NCBI GenBank assembly: GCA_017453725.1
Contig: JAFTEJ010000057.1
Coordinates: 1 to 43,887 of the forward strand
DNA: 43,887 nucleotides
Direction of reading: 5' to 3'
From: Clostridia bacterium
GTDB taxonomy: Bacteria; Bacillota; Clostridia; Oscillospirales; RGIG8002
Made by a program: the position numbers and the translations under genes. The notes below the pieces were generated by a model. The model was not told where the DNA came from, did no database searches, and was given only the letters and a program-made list of their open reading frames with translations. The first letter of the stretch is position 1; each line of letters starts with the position of its first letter. Positions 23,667 through 35,955 of the stretch are shown piece after piece.

Positions 23667-23695
23667 ATTATACACCATACGGAAGCATTTTGCAA
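23667..23695 (-). promoter_or_regulatory. Promoter of yebC
   Basis: Minus strand: TTGCAA (23690-23695), 17-nt spacer, TATAAT (23667-23672). Confidence 0.55.
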
Positions 23696-23720
23696 TATTT
23701 TTTTAGTCGGCGGCGACGGA

Positions 23721-24644
23721 TCAGAGCGGCTCCTTATTGACGTCCTCAAAGCCCTGGCCGAGCACCTCGGTCGCGTGGAGGATTATGACGAAGGCCTTGC
23801 CGTCGCACTCCTTGACGATCCTGCGGCACTCCTGCACCTGCTGGCGGCGGAGCGCGCACATAATGATGTTCATAGCGTTGTTGGTGTATCCTCCGGAGCC
23901 GTGAAGCACCGTGACGCCTCTCTGCATCTCCTCCATAAGCGCCTTCTTTATCCCGTCGGTGTTCTCGCTGACGATGAGCGCGACGCGGGCGACGGAGTTG
24001 CCGTCGAGCACCGTATCGATGACCGCGCTGGTCAGGTATACGACGATGAGGGAGAAGATGGCGGCGTTCTCCGCGTTCGTAACGCCGGTGGCCTTGAAGA
24101 CGATATAGCCTGTCATGATAACGACGAGGTCGACGAGGAATATCATCCTGCCGAACGAAACGCCCGGGAACTTCATCCGCATAAGCTTCGCCCCGATTTC
24201 CGAGCCGCCGGTCGTCGCGCCGCGCAGGAAGATTATCGCCAGCCCGATTCCGCTGGTCACTCCGGCGCAGATTGCGGCGATGAGCCCGATGGCGGGCTCG
24301 TCGTTCATCGGGGAGTATTTCAGATCCGGGAACACCTTCGCGATAAGCTCGGTGAAGACGGAGACGAGCGTCATCGCAACGAAGGTCTTCGATACGAACC
24401 TGAATCCGAAGCAGGCGAACGCCGCGATGAAAAGCGGCACGTTCAGGACGAAGTACATAATACCGGCGTCCCAGCCGACGGTGTTCTGCAGTATTGAGGC
24501 GATGCCGGAAACGCCGCCCGGGACTATCCGGTGCGGAAGGATGAATACGTTCATCGAGAGCGCGTATATTATCGCACCGACGATGAAATAGGCTATATCG
24601 ACGACGCCGGTCTTTTTGTTGAGTATCCTGTCGAGCTTGTTCAT
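23721..24644 (-). CDS. YitT family membrane protein (DUF161 repeats plus C-terminal DUF2179)
   Basis: IAYFIVGAIIYALSMNVFILPHRIVPGGVSGIASIL is typical YitT. Preferred start MNKLDR at 24644, after GGGGAGGG. Confidence 0.8.
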   Translation of the reverse strand: MNKLDRILNKKTGVVDIAYFIVGAIIYALSMNVFILPHRIVPGGVSGIASILQNTVGWDAGIMYFVLNVPLFIAAFACFGFRFVSKTFVAMTLVSVFTELIAKVFPDLKYSPMNDEPAIGLIAAICAGVTSGIGLAIIFLRGATTGGSEIGAKLMRMKFPGVSFGRMIFLVDLVVIMTGYIVFKATGVTNAENAAIFSLIVVYLTSAVIDTVLDGNSVARVALIVSENTDGIKKALMEEMQRGVTVLHGSGGYTNNAMNIIMCALRRQQVQECRRIVKECDGKAFVIILHATEVLGQGFEDVNKEPL

Positions 24645-24676
24645 TACACCCTCCCCTTGCAGACTGAAACTGCCGT

Positions 24677-27630
<2,954 letters not shown>

Positions 27631-27709
27631 TAGGTATCACCCTGCCGTTTTACATAGTTTGCGGCTGCCTTGATACGGGCAGCCGCCGAAGATATTCCGC
27701 TTCCGGGGA

Positions 27710-28909
27710 TCATTCCTCGGGAGGCGTGCGCTTGTTTACGATGTCCATAACAGCCTGGAAATCGGTGAAGGAAATATCGTCGTTGTTATCCTCCTCCTTC
27801 GGCTTCGCGGCGCGGGGCGCCGGCTTCGGAGCCGGAGCGGGAGCGGAATACTGAGAAGCGCTCTTTCCGCCGACCGGGAAAACAAAGGGAGACGACAGAT
27901 CCTCAAATGGATCGGAGAAAGGCGACGCGGACGACGATGAAGCGGGCGAGCCGCCGTCGAAGCCGGTGGCTATGACGGTCACGCGCATCTCGTCTTCCAT
28001 ATTCTCGTCGACGGTGTAGCCCCAGATGATGTTCGCGGAGGGGTGAGCCTCCTCTTTTATCATATTCGCGGCGGTCTCGACGTCGTCAAGCGCGATGTCG
28101 GGAGAAGCGGCGAAGTTGAGTATAACGCCCTTCGCGCCCTTGATGGAGGTCTCGAGCAGCGGCGAGGAAATGGCCGCCTTGGCAGCCTCGGCCGCCTTTT
28201 CCGGGCCCTTCGCGTTGCCCACGCCCATATGCGCGAGTCCCGCGTCCTTCATGATCGCGCTGACGTCCGCGAAGTCGAGGTTTATCAGCGCGTCGGGGAG
28301 CATAATGAGGTCGGAAACGCTCTGGATGCCCTGACGGAGGATGTCGTCCGCCATATCGAAAGCGTTGAGCAGGGTTATCTTCTGACTGCTGACGTTCTTA
28401 AGCCTGTCGTTGGGAACGACGACGAGGGAATCGACGTGCTCCATAAGCGCGGAGATACCGAGCTCCGCCTGGCCCATCTTGTAGCTGCCTTCAAAGCCGA
28501 AGGGCTTGGTCACGATCGCGACGGTGAGGATGTCCATCTCCTTGGCTATCTCCGCGATGACCGGAGAAGCGCCCGTGCCCGTGCCGCCGCCCATTCCGGC
28601 GGTTATGAAGACCATCTGAGCGCCGCGCAGGGCGTTCGCGATCTCCTCGCGGCTTTCTTCAGCGGAACGCTGACCCTTTTCGGCGTCGGCGCCCGCGCCT
28701 CTGCCCATGGTCGTCTTCGCGCCTATCTGTATCTTTGTGGGCGCCTTTGATTTCAAGAGCGCCTGCGCGTCCGTGTTCACGACCACGTATTCGACGCTCT
28801 CAACGCCGGATTTGATCATACGGTTGACCGCGTTGCCGCCGCCTCCGCCTACGCCTACGCATTTTATACAGACTACTCGCTCGTCATCGTTGATAAGTTC
28901 CATCGCCAT
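27710..28909 (-). CDS. ftsZ: Cell division protein FtsZ
   Basis: [13 protein letters not shown], tubulin signature [17 protein letters not shown], a Pro/Ala-rich linker and a short C-terminal peptide. Confidence 0.95.
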   Translation of the reverse strand: MAMELINDDERVVCIKCVGVGGGGGNAVNRMIKSGVESVEYVVVNTDAQALLKSKAPTKIQIGAKTTMGRGAGADAEKGQRSAEESREEIANALRGAQMVFITAGMGGGTGTGASPVIAEIAKEMDILTVAIVTKPFGFEGSYKMGQAELGISALMEHVDSLVVVPNDRLKNVSSQKITLLNAFDMADDILRQGIQSVSDLIMLPDALINLDFADVSAIMKDAGLAHMGVGNAKGPEKAAEAAKAAISSPLLETSIKGAKGVILNFAASPDIALDDVETAANMIKEEAHPSANIIWGYTVDENMEDEMRVTVIATGFDGGSPASSSSASPFSDPFEDLSSPFVFPVGGKSASQYSAPAPAPKPAPRAAKPKEEDNNDDISFTDFQAVMDIVNKRTPPEE

Positions 28910-28939
28910 TACCGAGAACCTCCCGTTTATTTTTGTTGA

Positions 28940-29806
28940 TTATTCGCTGTCTTCGCTCTCGCCTTCCGACAAGCTCCCGCTCTCTTCAGTAACGCTTTCC
29001 TCCGATGAGGAGGCGACGCCTCTGCCCGCGTAGAGCTTGTCCCCCGACGTGACGTCGACGGTCCACTCGCCTACCGAAGGGAGGGAACCGCTGATCCACG
29101 TCTTGACCATACGCACCTTGTAATCGAGGTCGGAATCGCCGCCGAGCTTGGCGGTAACTCTGCCCTCGAGCCTCATACTGACATTGATCGGACCGGTGAA
29201 GACTATACTATCGACATTTATTATATCATTTTCTTTCAATATCGTCAATAAGTCAAGCAATATTTTTTCGGAAATCTCAGAATCCGCCGTCGCGGTCTCC
29301 CCTTCTCCGGGAATATCGAGCGTTATCCCGCTGAGAACCGGCACGTTTTCCGTCTCAACGGAGGTTATTTCCATAACGCGCAGCTCCTGCGAAAGCAGCG
29401 CCCAGCGGTTCTCGCCGGCAAGGTAACGGCAGGACGGCTGCGCCTCCTTTATCTTTATAGTCACGGTCGAAGGCAGCTCGCGTATCACCTGCACCTCCGA
29501 AACGTAAGGCAGCTTCTTGAGTATGCTTTCCTTTATGTCCGACCTGCTCATACGCAGCAGGTTGTCGCCCTTTTCCACGCCGGACGCCTTGACCACCTGC
29601 GAAGCGGTGTAACGGCTGTTGCCGCTGACGTTTATCTGCGACGTCTTGAAGAAGACGGTCAGCGAAAGGATAAGGCAAACAACGCAGACGAAAAACAGCA
29701 GCAGGAGATACACCGCCGTCTTGCGTCTGCGCTTATATTTCTTTTTGCGTCTGGCGTTATACTCCCGAAGCTTCTCGGAAGATGCCGTCTGTGTGGTCTG
29801 TTTCAT
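28940..29806 (-). CDS. ftsQ: Cell division protein FtsQ/DivIB (POTRA domain)
   Basis: Basic N-terminus, single TM, then a POTRA-like segment (INVSGNSRYTASQVVKASGVEKGDNLL). Positioned directly upstream of ftsZ. Confidence 0.8.
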   Translation of the reverse strand: MKQTTQTASSEKLREYNARRKKKYKRRRKTAVYLLLLFFVCVVCLILSLTVFFKTSQINVSGNSRYTASQVVKASGVEKGDNLLRMSRSDIKESILKKLPYVSEVQVIRELPSTVTIKIKEAQPSCRYLAGENRWALLSQELRVMEITSVETENVPVLSGITLDIPGEGETATADSEISEKILLDLLTILKENDIINVDSIVFTGPINVSMRLEGRVTAKLGGDSDLDYKVRMVKTWISGSLPSVGEWTVDVTSGDKLYAGRGVASSSEESVTEESGSLSEGESEDSE

Positions 29807-31061
29807 CTTCTGACTTCCTGTATATTCTCGCGCCGGCGGCGGAAAGCGCCGCTTCGACGTTTTCGTATCCTCTGTCTATATGCCCGGGAGCGGAAATCCC
29901 GCTCCTGCCCCGCGCTCCGAGCGCGGCGACGACGAGCGCGGCTCCTCCGCGCAGGTCGGTGCACGCCGTCTTCGCGCCGCTCAGGAACGGCACGCCCTTT
30001 ATTACCGCGAGCTGTCCCTCGCTCCCGACGTCCGCACCCATCCGCGACAGCTCGCGGAGGTAGCGGAAGCGCCCGGAAAAGACGGTCTCGCAGAGCACGC
30101 TCACCCCGTCCGCGGTCGCGAGCGCCGCGGCCGTCAGAGCCTGCGCGTCGGTCGGAAAGCCCGGGTACGGCGCGGTACGGATGAACCGCACCGCCTTAAG
30201 GCGCTCCGGCGCGGTCACGGTCAAAGCGCCGCCGTCTTCGCGAAAGCGGCAGCCCGCCCGCGCAAACACGTCCGTCACCGCCGTCAGATGCCGCGGCTGA
30301 ACGCCGTAAAGCGTAATCTCCGAGCCCGTCGCGGCGGCCGCGGCGATATAGGTCGCGGCGGCGATCCTGTCGGGAATGCATACGTGCTCGCAGTCGCCGA
30401 GCGCCTCGACGCCGTCGATGAGCAGGACGTCGCTTCCCGCTCCGCTCACCGAGCCGCCCTTCGAGTTGATGAAATCGGCGAGCTCGGTTATCTCCGGCTC
30501 CTTCGCCGCTCCGACGATAACGGTCCTGCCCCTCGCGGTCGAGGCCGCGATCATGGCATTCTCGGTCGCGCCGACGCTGGGGTAAGGAAGCACTATCTCC
30601 GCGCCCTTCAGCCTTCCGGCGCATTCGCAGAAGACGAGCCCGCGGCTTTCGGTTATATCGGCGCCGAGCAGGCGCATGGCCTCAAGGTGCATATCTATGG
30701 GTCGCGGGCCGAGCTCGCATCCGCCCGGCGCGGAAACCACCGCGCGTCCGCAGCGGGCGAGCACCGCGCCGAGGAATATCACAGACGAACGCATCCGCCG
30801 CATCAGCTCCGGCGGAATATCGCAGCGCGGCACGCGTGAGGCGTCCACCGTCACGGCTTCGCCGTCGCGCTCCGCACCGCAGCCGAGCATGCGCAGGATC
30901 TCAAGCGAGCTTTCGGTATCGGTCAGGCGCGGACAGTTATGTATCACGCTCCTGCCGCCGAGCACGGACGCCGCAAGCACCGGCAGCGCGCCGTTCTTCG
31001 CGCCCTGCACCCTTATCCCGCCGCGGAGTCTGTTTCCGCCGTCAATAACAAGGCTCTCCAT
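29757..31061 (-). CDS. murA: UDP-N-acetylglucosamine 1-carboxyvinyltransferase paralogue (MurA copy 2)
   Basis: MESLVIDGGNRLRGGIRVQGAKNGALP, catalytic-Cys loop SAPGGCELGPRPIDMH. ATG at 31061 lies 6 nt after GGAGG. The 3-prime end overlaps ftsQ by 50 nt. Confidence 0.85.
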   Translation of the reverse strand: MESLVIDGGNRLRGGIRVQGAKNGALPVLAASVLGGRSVIHNCPRLTDTESSLEILRMLGCGAERDGEAVTVDASRVPRCDIPPELMRRMRSSVIFLGAVLARCGRAVVSAPGGCELGPRPIDMHLEAMRLLGADITESRGLVFCECAGRLKGAEIVLPYPSVGATENAMIAASTARGRTVIVGAAKEPEITELADFINSKGGSVSGAGSDVLLIDGVEALGDCEHVCIPDRIAAATYIAAAAATGSEITLYGVQPRHLTAVTDVFARAGCRFREDGGALTVTAPERLKAVRFIRTAPYPGFPTDAQALTAAALATADGVSVLCETVFSGRFRYLRELSRMGADVGSEGQLAVIKGVPFLSGAKTACTDLRGGAALVVAALGARGRSGISAPGHIDRGYENVEAALSAAGARIYRKSEDETDHTDGIFREASGV

Positions 31062-31127
31062 TTCCGACCTCCGAAAAAGCATTCTCAAGCCATTCTATGC
31101 CTCTTCGGGATCGGGAGTGAAGCGCCC

Positions 31128-32249
31128 TTATTTCCCGGCTCTCTCCAGCTCGGCGGTTATGCAGTCGAAAACCCGCTCGCCGTAGTCGTAGACGGCGGCT
31201 TTTTTAAGGTTTTCGGTCATTTCGTTTCTTTTCGCGGAATCGAAAATTATACTTTCAAGTCCGTCCTCGAGCGCCTTGCAGTTATAGTCCTTGTCGTCGA
31301 CGAGGATCGCCGCGCCGGCGTCGGCAAGGTGCTTGGCGTTATGGTACTGGTGGTTATCCGTCACGTTGGGGGAGGGAATGATTATCGCGGGCTTGCCCGC
31401 CGCGCTCATCTCCGCGAGTGAGCTCGCTCCGCAGCGGCAGACGACCGCGTCGCAGGCGGTCATATACTTCGGCATACCGGTTATATACTCGAAGACGCGG
31501 ATGCTTCCGCCGACCTCGACGCCGGCGTCCGCCAGCGCCTTCATGAACTCCTCGTAATAGAACTTCCCGATGCCGTGGACTATCTGGAGCTTCTCCTCCT
31601 TGTGGTGCCTGATGATATAGGCAAGCATCGCGTCGTTTATAGTGCGCGCGCCGAGGCTTCCGCCGGAGCAGAGCAGCAGCGGACGGTCGTCGAAGCCGAG
31701 CTCGCGGCGGCACTCCGCCTTGTCGAGCTTCAGCAGGTCCTCGTAGATAGGCACGCCGGTGACCACGCTGCGCGTGCCCTCGGGAAGCTGCGCCGCCGCC
31801 TCCGGGAAGGTCAGCATGACCGCCGAGGCGTACTTCGACGCCAGCTTCGTCGTCATGCCGGCGACGGCGTTCTGCTCGTGGATAAGGCAGGGAATGCCGA
31901 GCTTGTGCGCGGCGAGCAGCGTCGGGCCGCTGACGTAGCCGCCCATACCGACGACGATATCCGGCTTGAACTCCTTATATATCTTCTTGCACCTGCGGCG
32001 CGAGGTGAAGATGCGGCGGAGCGTGCCGAGGTTATAGGGCGAAAGACTGCGCCTGAAGCCCCTGATGTCTATGAATTCGATTCTGAAGCCCGCTTCGGGG
32101 ACGAGCTTCGCCTCTATGTGGTTTTCCGTGCCGATGAAAAGTATCTCCGCGTCCGGCACGCGGCGCTTTATATACTTTGCCGCGGCGATCGCGGGGTTGA
32201 TGTGCCCGGAGGTGCCTCCGCCGGCGAAAACGATCCTCATTTTCATCAT
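31128..32249 (-). CDS. murG: UDP-N-acetylglucosamine--N-acetylmuramyl-(pentapeptide) pyrophosphoryl-undecaprenol GlcNAc transferase MurG
   Basis: RIVFAGGGTSGHINPAIA G-loop and GT28 architecture. The exact start among three closely spaced ATGs (32249/32246/32240) is ambiguous. Confidence 0.92.
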   Translation of the reverse strand: MMKMRIVFAGGGTSGHINPAIAAAKYIKRRVPDAEILFIGTENHIEAKLVPEAGFRIEFIDIRGFRRSLSPYNLGTLRRIFTSRRRCKKIYKEFKPDIVVGMGGYVSGPTLLAAHKLGIPCLIHEQNAVAGMTTKLASKYASAVMLTFPEAAAQLPEGTRSVVTGVPIYEDLLKLDKAECRRELGFDDRPLLLCSGGSLGARTINDAMLAYIIRHHKEEKLQIVHGIGKFYYEEFMKALADAGVEVGGSIRVFEYITGMPKYMTACDAVVCRCGASSLAEMSAAGKPAIIIPSPNVTDNHQYHNAKHLADAGAAILVDDKDYNCKALEDGLESIIFDSAKRNEMTENLKKAAVYDYGERVFDCITAELERAGK

Positions 32250-33382
32250 CCTTTTTCAGTATTCGAATAACGCGAGATGTTCAGCACCACGCCCATTTCG
32301 AGCAGCAGCAGGACGAGCGACGTGCCCCCGTAGCTGAAGAAGGGCAGCGAAATGCCCGTGCTGGGAATAGCGTTGCTGACAACGGCGATATTCAGAAGCG
32401 TCTGCGCCCCGACCTGAGTCATTATGCCGACGCAGATGAGGCAGCCGAACTTATCCTCCGCCTTCAGCGCTATACGGAAGCCGCGCCAGACGAGCAGCGC
32501 GAAAAGCAGGATTATCACGACCGCCCCGATGAAGCCGAGCTCCTCGCAGGCGACCGAAAAGATATAGTCGTTATGCGCCTCCGGCAGGTAACCGTATTTC
32601 TGCTGCGAGTTGCCGAGCCCGAGCCCCATGAGTCCGCCGGAGCCGATGGCGTAAAGCGACTGGATTATCTGATACCCATCGTCCCTCGGCGACGACCACG
32701 GATCGAGCCATGCTTTTATGCGGCTGTTCATATACCCCGTCGTCACCGCCATAAGCCCGAAAAGCAGGGCGATGATGACGATGCAGATAAGCAGGTGTTT
32801 CCAGTTCGCCCCGCCGACGAATATCATAACGATGCCGATTATGCCTATCAGTATCGCGCCCGAAAGATGCGGCTCGAAGAGCACCAGCCCGGCAAAGAAC
32901 AGCGCCGAACCGAGCGGGATCCCTATCCCGTATCTGAAGTCGTTTATCTTGTCGTAGTAGTAGGTGATGAAATACGCCAGCAGCAGTATCACGCCGATTT
33001 TCGCTATTTCCGAGGGCTGGAAGCGTACGCCGATGGAAAGCCAGCGCCGCGCTCCGTTGACCTTTACGCCGAAGGGGTAGACGGCGATGAGCAGCAGCAC
33101 CGAGATTCCGGCTATCACCCACGAAAGCCTGCGGTAGAGCCTGTAGTTGAAGCGGGAGGCGACGAACATCGCGATCACGCCGATCACCGCGGCGAAGAGC
33201 TGCCTTTTGATATAGTACATGCTGTCGCCCTCGTCGGAGAGCCCGGCGGCGTAGCTCGCGGAAAACAGCATCACAAGCCCGCTTATAAGCACGAGGATGA
33301 CCAGCACAAGGAAGGGCATATCGAGCGGCGGAAGCTTTGCCTTATTCACTTTTGCGTTGTTCGCCACTGCGGAAGTTCCCAT
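32246..33382 (-). CDS. ftsW: SEDS-family peptidoglycan glycosyltransferase FtsW/SpoVE
   Basis: 10-TM protein with LPEAHNDYIFSVACEELG and PSTGISLPFFSYGGTS motifs. 4-nt overlap with murG. Confidence 0.88.
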   Translation of the reverse strand: MGTSAVANNAKVNKAKLPPLDMPFLVLVILVLISGLVMLFSASYAAGLSDEGDSMYYIKRQLFAAVIGVIAMFVASRFNYRLYRRLSWVIAGISVLLLIAVYPFGVKVNGARRWLSIGVRFQPSEIAKIGVILLLAYFITYYYDKINDFRYGIGIPLGSALFFAGLVLFEPHLSGAILIGIIGIVMIFVGGANWKHLLICIVIIALLFGLMAVTTGYMNSRIKAWLDPWSSPRDDGYQIIQSLYAIGSGGLMGLGLGNSQQKYGYLPEAHNDYIFSVACEELGFIGAVVIILLFALLVWRGFRIALKAEDKFGCLICVGIMTQVGAQTLLNIAVVSNAIPSTGISLPFFSYGGTSLVLLLLEMGVVLNISRYSNTEKG

Positions 33383-33391
33383 AGCCGCTCC

Positions 33392-34381
33392 TTAAAGCTT
33401 GACAAAGTATACCCACAGGAATGCGGCGGCGCAGAAAATCAGCGTCAGCCCCATCGCGGTGAAGTCGATCCGCACCTCGGACCAGCCCTTCTTCTCGAAG
33501 TGATGATGTATCGGCGCCATCAGGAACACCCTGCGCTTCGTGCGCTTATAGTGCAGGACCTGGATGACGTCGGAGAGTATTTCTATTACGTAAACGATGC
33601 CGACAACGAGGAATATCAGCGGCATCCTCAGCGCGAAGCAGATCGTGCCGACGAGCCCGCCGAGGAATAGCGAACCGGTATCTCCCATAAACACCTTCGC
33701 CGGATAGAAGTTCCAGACGAGGAAGCCCATCATCGAAGCCGCGAGCGCCGCGGCGAATATCGAAAACCCTCCCAGCCCGAACGCCGAGGAGGTCAGCAGG
33801 AAGAAAACCCCGACGATCCAGGTCACGCCGGAGGCGAGTCCGTCGAGCCCGTCGGTTATGTTGACGGCGTTGACGATGCCGACCATCGCGATGACGGTCA
33901 GCGGGTATATCGCCCAACCGATGTCTACGCTGAGCTTCGTGAAGGGGATGTCTATCTGCGAGGAAAGCAGTCCGCTGAGCGACATCGAAACGGTGAAGGC
34001 TATCGCGGCGGCGAACTGCAGGAAGAGCTTCTGCTTTACGGTAACGCCGAGGTTCTGCTTCTTCGAGACCTTGATGAAATCGTCGATGAAGCCCACCAGC
34101 CCGAAAAGCAGGGCGGTGAGTCCGCAGTAGATTATCGCGTATTTCTCGCCGCTCGTCGCGGACCTGATGAGCGCGAACGGCACGGCGGCTCCGATGCCGA
34201 GGATGAACATAATGCCGCCCATCGTCGGAGTGCCCTGCTTCTTCTCGTGCCAGGTCGGGCCGTCCTCCCTTATCGACTGCCCGAAGCGCAGTCTGCGGAG
34301 CATCGGCACGAGCGCGAGTCCGCTCAGCGCCGTGACCGCAAAGCTCAGGCAGGCGGCGATAACGATATAGTAATCACTCAT
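33392..34381 (-). CDS. mraY: Phospho-N-acetylmuramoyl-pentapeptide transferase MraY
   Basis: DDFIKV, NAVNITDGLDGLA, GDTGSLFLGG and HHHFE motifs. Confidence 0.95.
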   Translation of the reverse strand: MSDYYIVIAACLSFAVTALSGLALVPMLRRLRFGQSIREDGPTWHEKKQGTPTMGGIMFILGIGAAVPFALIRSATSGEKYAIIYCGLTALLFGLVGFIDDFIKVSKKQNLGVTVKQKLFLQFAAAIAFTVSMSLSGLLSSQIDIPFTKLSVDIGWAIYPLTVIAMVGIVNAVNITDGLDGLASGVTWIVGVFFLLTSSAFGLGGFSIFAAALAASMMGFLVWNFYPAKVFMGDTGSLFLGGLVGTICFALRMPLIFLVVGIVYVIEILSDVIQVLHYKRTKRRVFLMAPIHHHFEKKGWSEVRIDFTAMGLTLIFCAAAFLWVYFVKL

Positions 34382-34471
34382 CGCGGTATCCTCTCTTTTT
34401 TATCTTCTTATTCCCGTTCGCCTATGGCAAACGCCGATAACACGGGGCGTTTCCGTACCGTGGCGAACTGC

Positions 34472-35836
34472 TCATTCCCGTTCTTCGGCGGGAAACACCT
34501 TCTCGATCACTTCTTCGAGCCGCTGGGCGCGGGACGCCTTGAAAAGCACGGCGTCGCCCTCGCGGAGCGTTTCTTTAAGCGCCTGCGTCAGCGCGGCTTT
34601 GTCGGGGAAAATCTCAACCATGCCGCGCCTTCCGTCGACGGAGTTGAAGCCGCGTTCGTAGTCGGCGGCAAAGTTTCCGTATATCATCAGCAGATCCGCG
34701 ACGGACGCCGCTTCCCTGCCGACTCTTTCATGCGCCGCCGGCGAATAATCGCCGAGCTCGACCATATCCGAAAGCACCGCCACGCGCCTGCCCCCTCCCG
34801 TCCTTGACAGCAGCGAAAGCGCGGCGGACATAGAATCCGGAGCCGCGTTGTAGCAGTCCTCGATGACGGTCACGCCGCCCTTCTCGTAAACGCTCTGGCG
34901 CATCGCGGCGGGGCGGAACTTCCCTATGCCGCGTATAGCGGAAAGCGGGTCCGCTCCCGCGACCGAGGCGGCGGTGAAGGCTCCGAGCGCGTTATAGACG
35001 TTATGCCTGCCTCCGGCGGGAACGACCATATCGTATTCGCCGGACGCGGTCTTTATTCTGACCTCGCTGTGGTTATCGCCCTCGCGCAGTATCTCAGCGC
35101 TGACGTCGCCCTCGCCGAGCAGCGAGTAGCGTATTATTCTTATCCCCTCCGGCTCGGCAACGCCGGAAAGCATATCGTCGTCGCCGTTAAGGATAAGCGT
35201 TCCGCCGGGCTTCATTCCCTCGACGATCTCCATCTTCGCGTTGAGTATCTCACGCCTGCTGCCGAGCAGACCGATATGCGAAATGCCTATGTTCGTGATT
35301 ATCGCGGCGTCCGGCTTCGCGGCGCGGGTCAGACGGCTTATCTCGCCGCGTGCGCTCATACCCATCTCGATGACCGCCGCTTCGACCGTTTCGTCAAGGC
35401 GGAGGAGATTCAGCGGCATCCCGATGTGGTTGTTCAGGTTGCCGTCCGTCTTTATCGTCTTTCTGCTCTCCGCGAGCGCGCAGTAGGTCATATCCTTCGT
35501 CGAGGTCTTGCCGACGCTGCCCGTCAGCGCGATGAGGAAGGGACTGAACATATCGCGGTAGGCTCCCGCGAAGCGCAGCAGAGCCTTTGTCGTATCGTCG
35601 ACGCGCACGACGGGAACGGCGCATTCGCAGTCACTGTGCGCCATAACGGCGGCGGCTCCGTGTTCGCAGGCTTCTCCTATGAAGGCGTGGCCGTCCAGCC
35701 GCTGCCCCTTTATCGCGATATAGAGCGAACCGGGGATGACCTTGCGCGAATCTATCGCGATGGAAACGACCTCTCCCTCCCCGAAGGCGACGCCTCCGGC
35801 AAGCCTCGCGACCTGTTCGACCGTAAGCTTTATCAT
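34472..35836 (-). CDS. murF: UDP-N-acetylmuramoyl-tripeptide--D-alanyl-D-alanine ligase MurF
   Basis: Mur ligase P-loop (TGSVGKTSTKDM) and C-terminal domain. Preferred start MIKLTVEQ at 35836, after GGAAGGAGG. Confidence 0.9.
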   Translation of the reverse strand: MIKLTVEQVARLAGGVAFGEGEVVSIAIDSRKVIPGSLYIAIKGQRLDGHAFIGEACEHGAAAVMAHSDCECAVPVVRVDDTTKALLRFAGAYRDMFSPFLIALTGSVGKTSTKDMTYCALAESRKTIKTDGNLNNHIGMPLNLLRLDETVEAAVIEMGMSARGEISRLTRAAKPDAAIITNIGISHIGLLGSRREILNAKMEIVEGMKPGGTLILNGDDDMLSGVAEPEGIRIIRYSLLGEGDVSAEILREGDNHSEVRIKTASGEYDMVVPAGGRHNVYNALGAFTAASVAGADPLSAIRGIGKFRPAAMRQSVYEKGGVTVIEDCYNAAPDSMSAALSLLSRTGGGRRVAVLSDMVELGDYSPAAHERVGREAASVADLLMIYGNFAADYERGFNSVDGRRGMVEIFPDKAALTQALKETLREGDAVLFKASRAQRLEEVIEKVFPAEERE

Positions 35837-35955
35837 TGTGAAAGCCTCCTTCCCGGAGCTGATGCTTTGAAAAGCGTTTTCTCCGCTGATTGACGACATG
35901 GACGATCAGCCTTGAACTGTTGTTTTCTTCAATATATTTATTGCGGGTTTATCTA

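Noticed and set aside
27661-27686. 9-bp hairpin GCGGCTGCC-N8-GGCAGCCGC between ftsZ and the GalK-like gene, as a possible terminator.
   Set aside because: No U-tract follows on the minus strand, so I cannot support calling it a terminator. It may be a processing or stability element.
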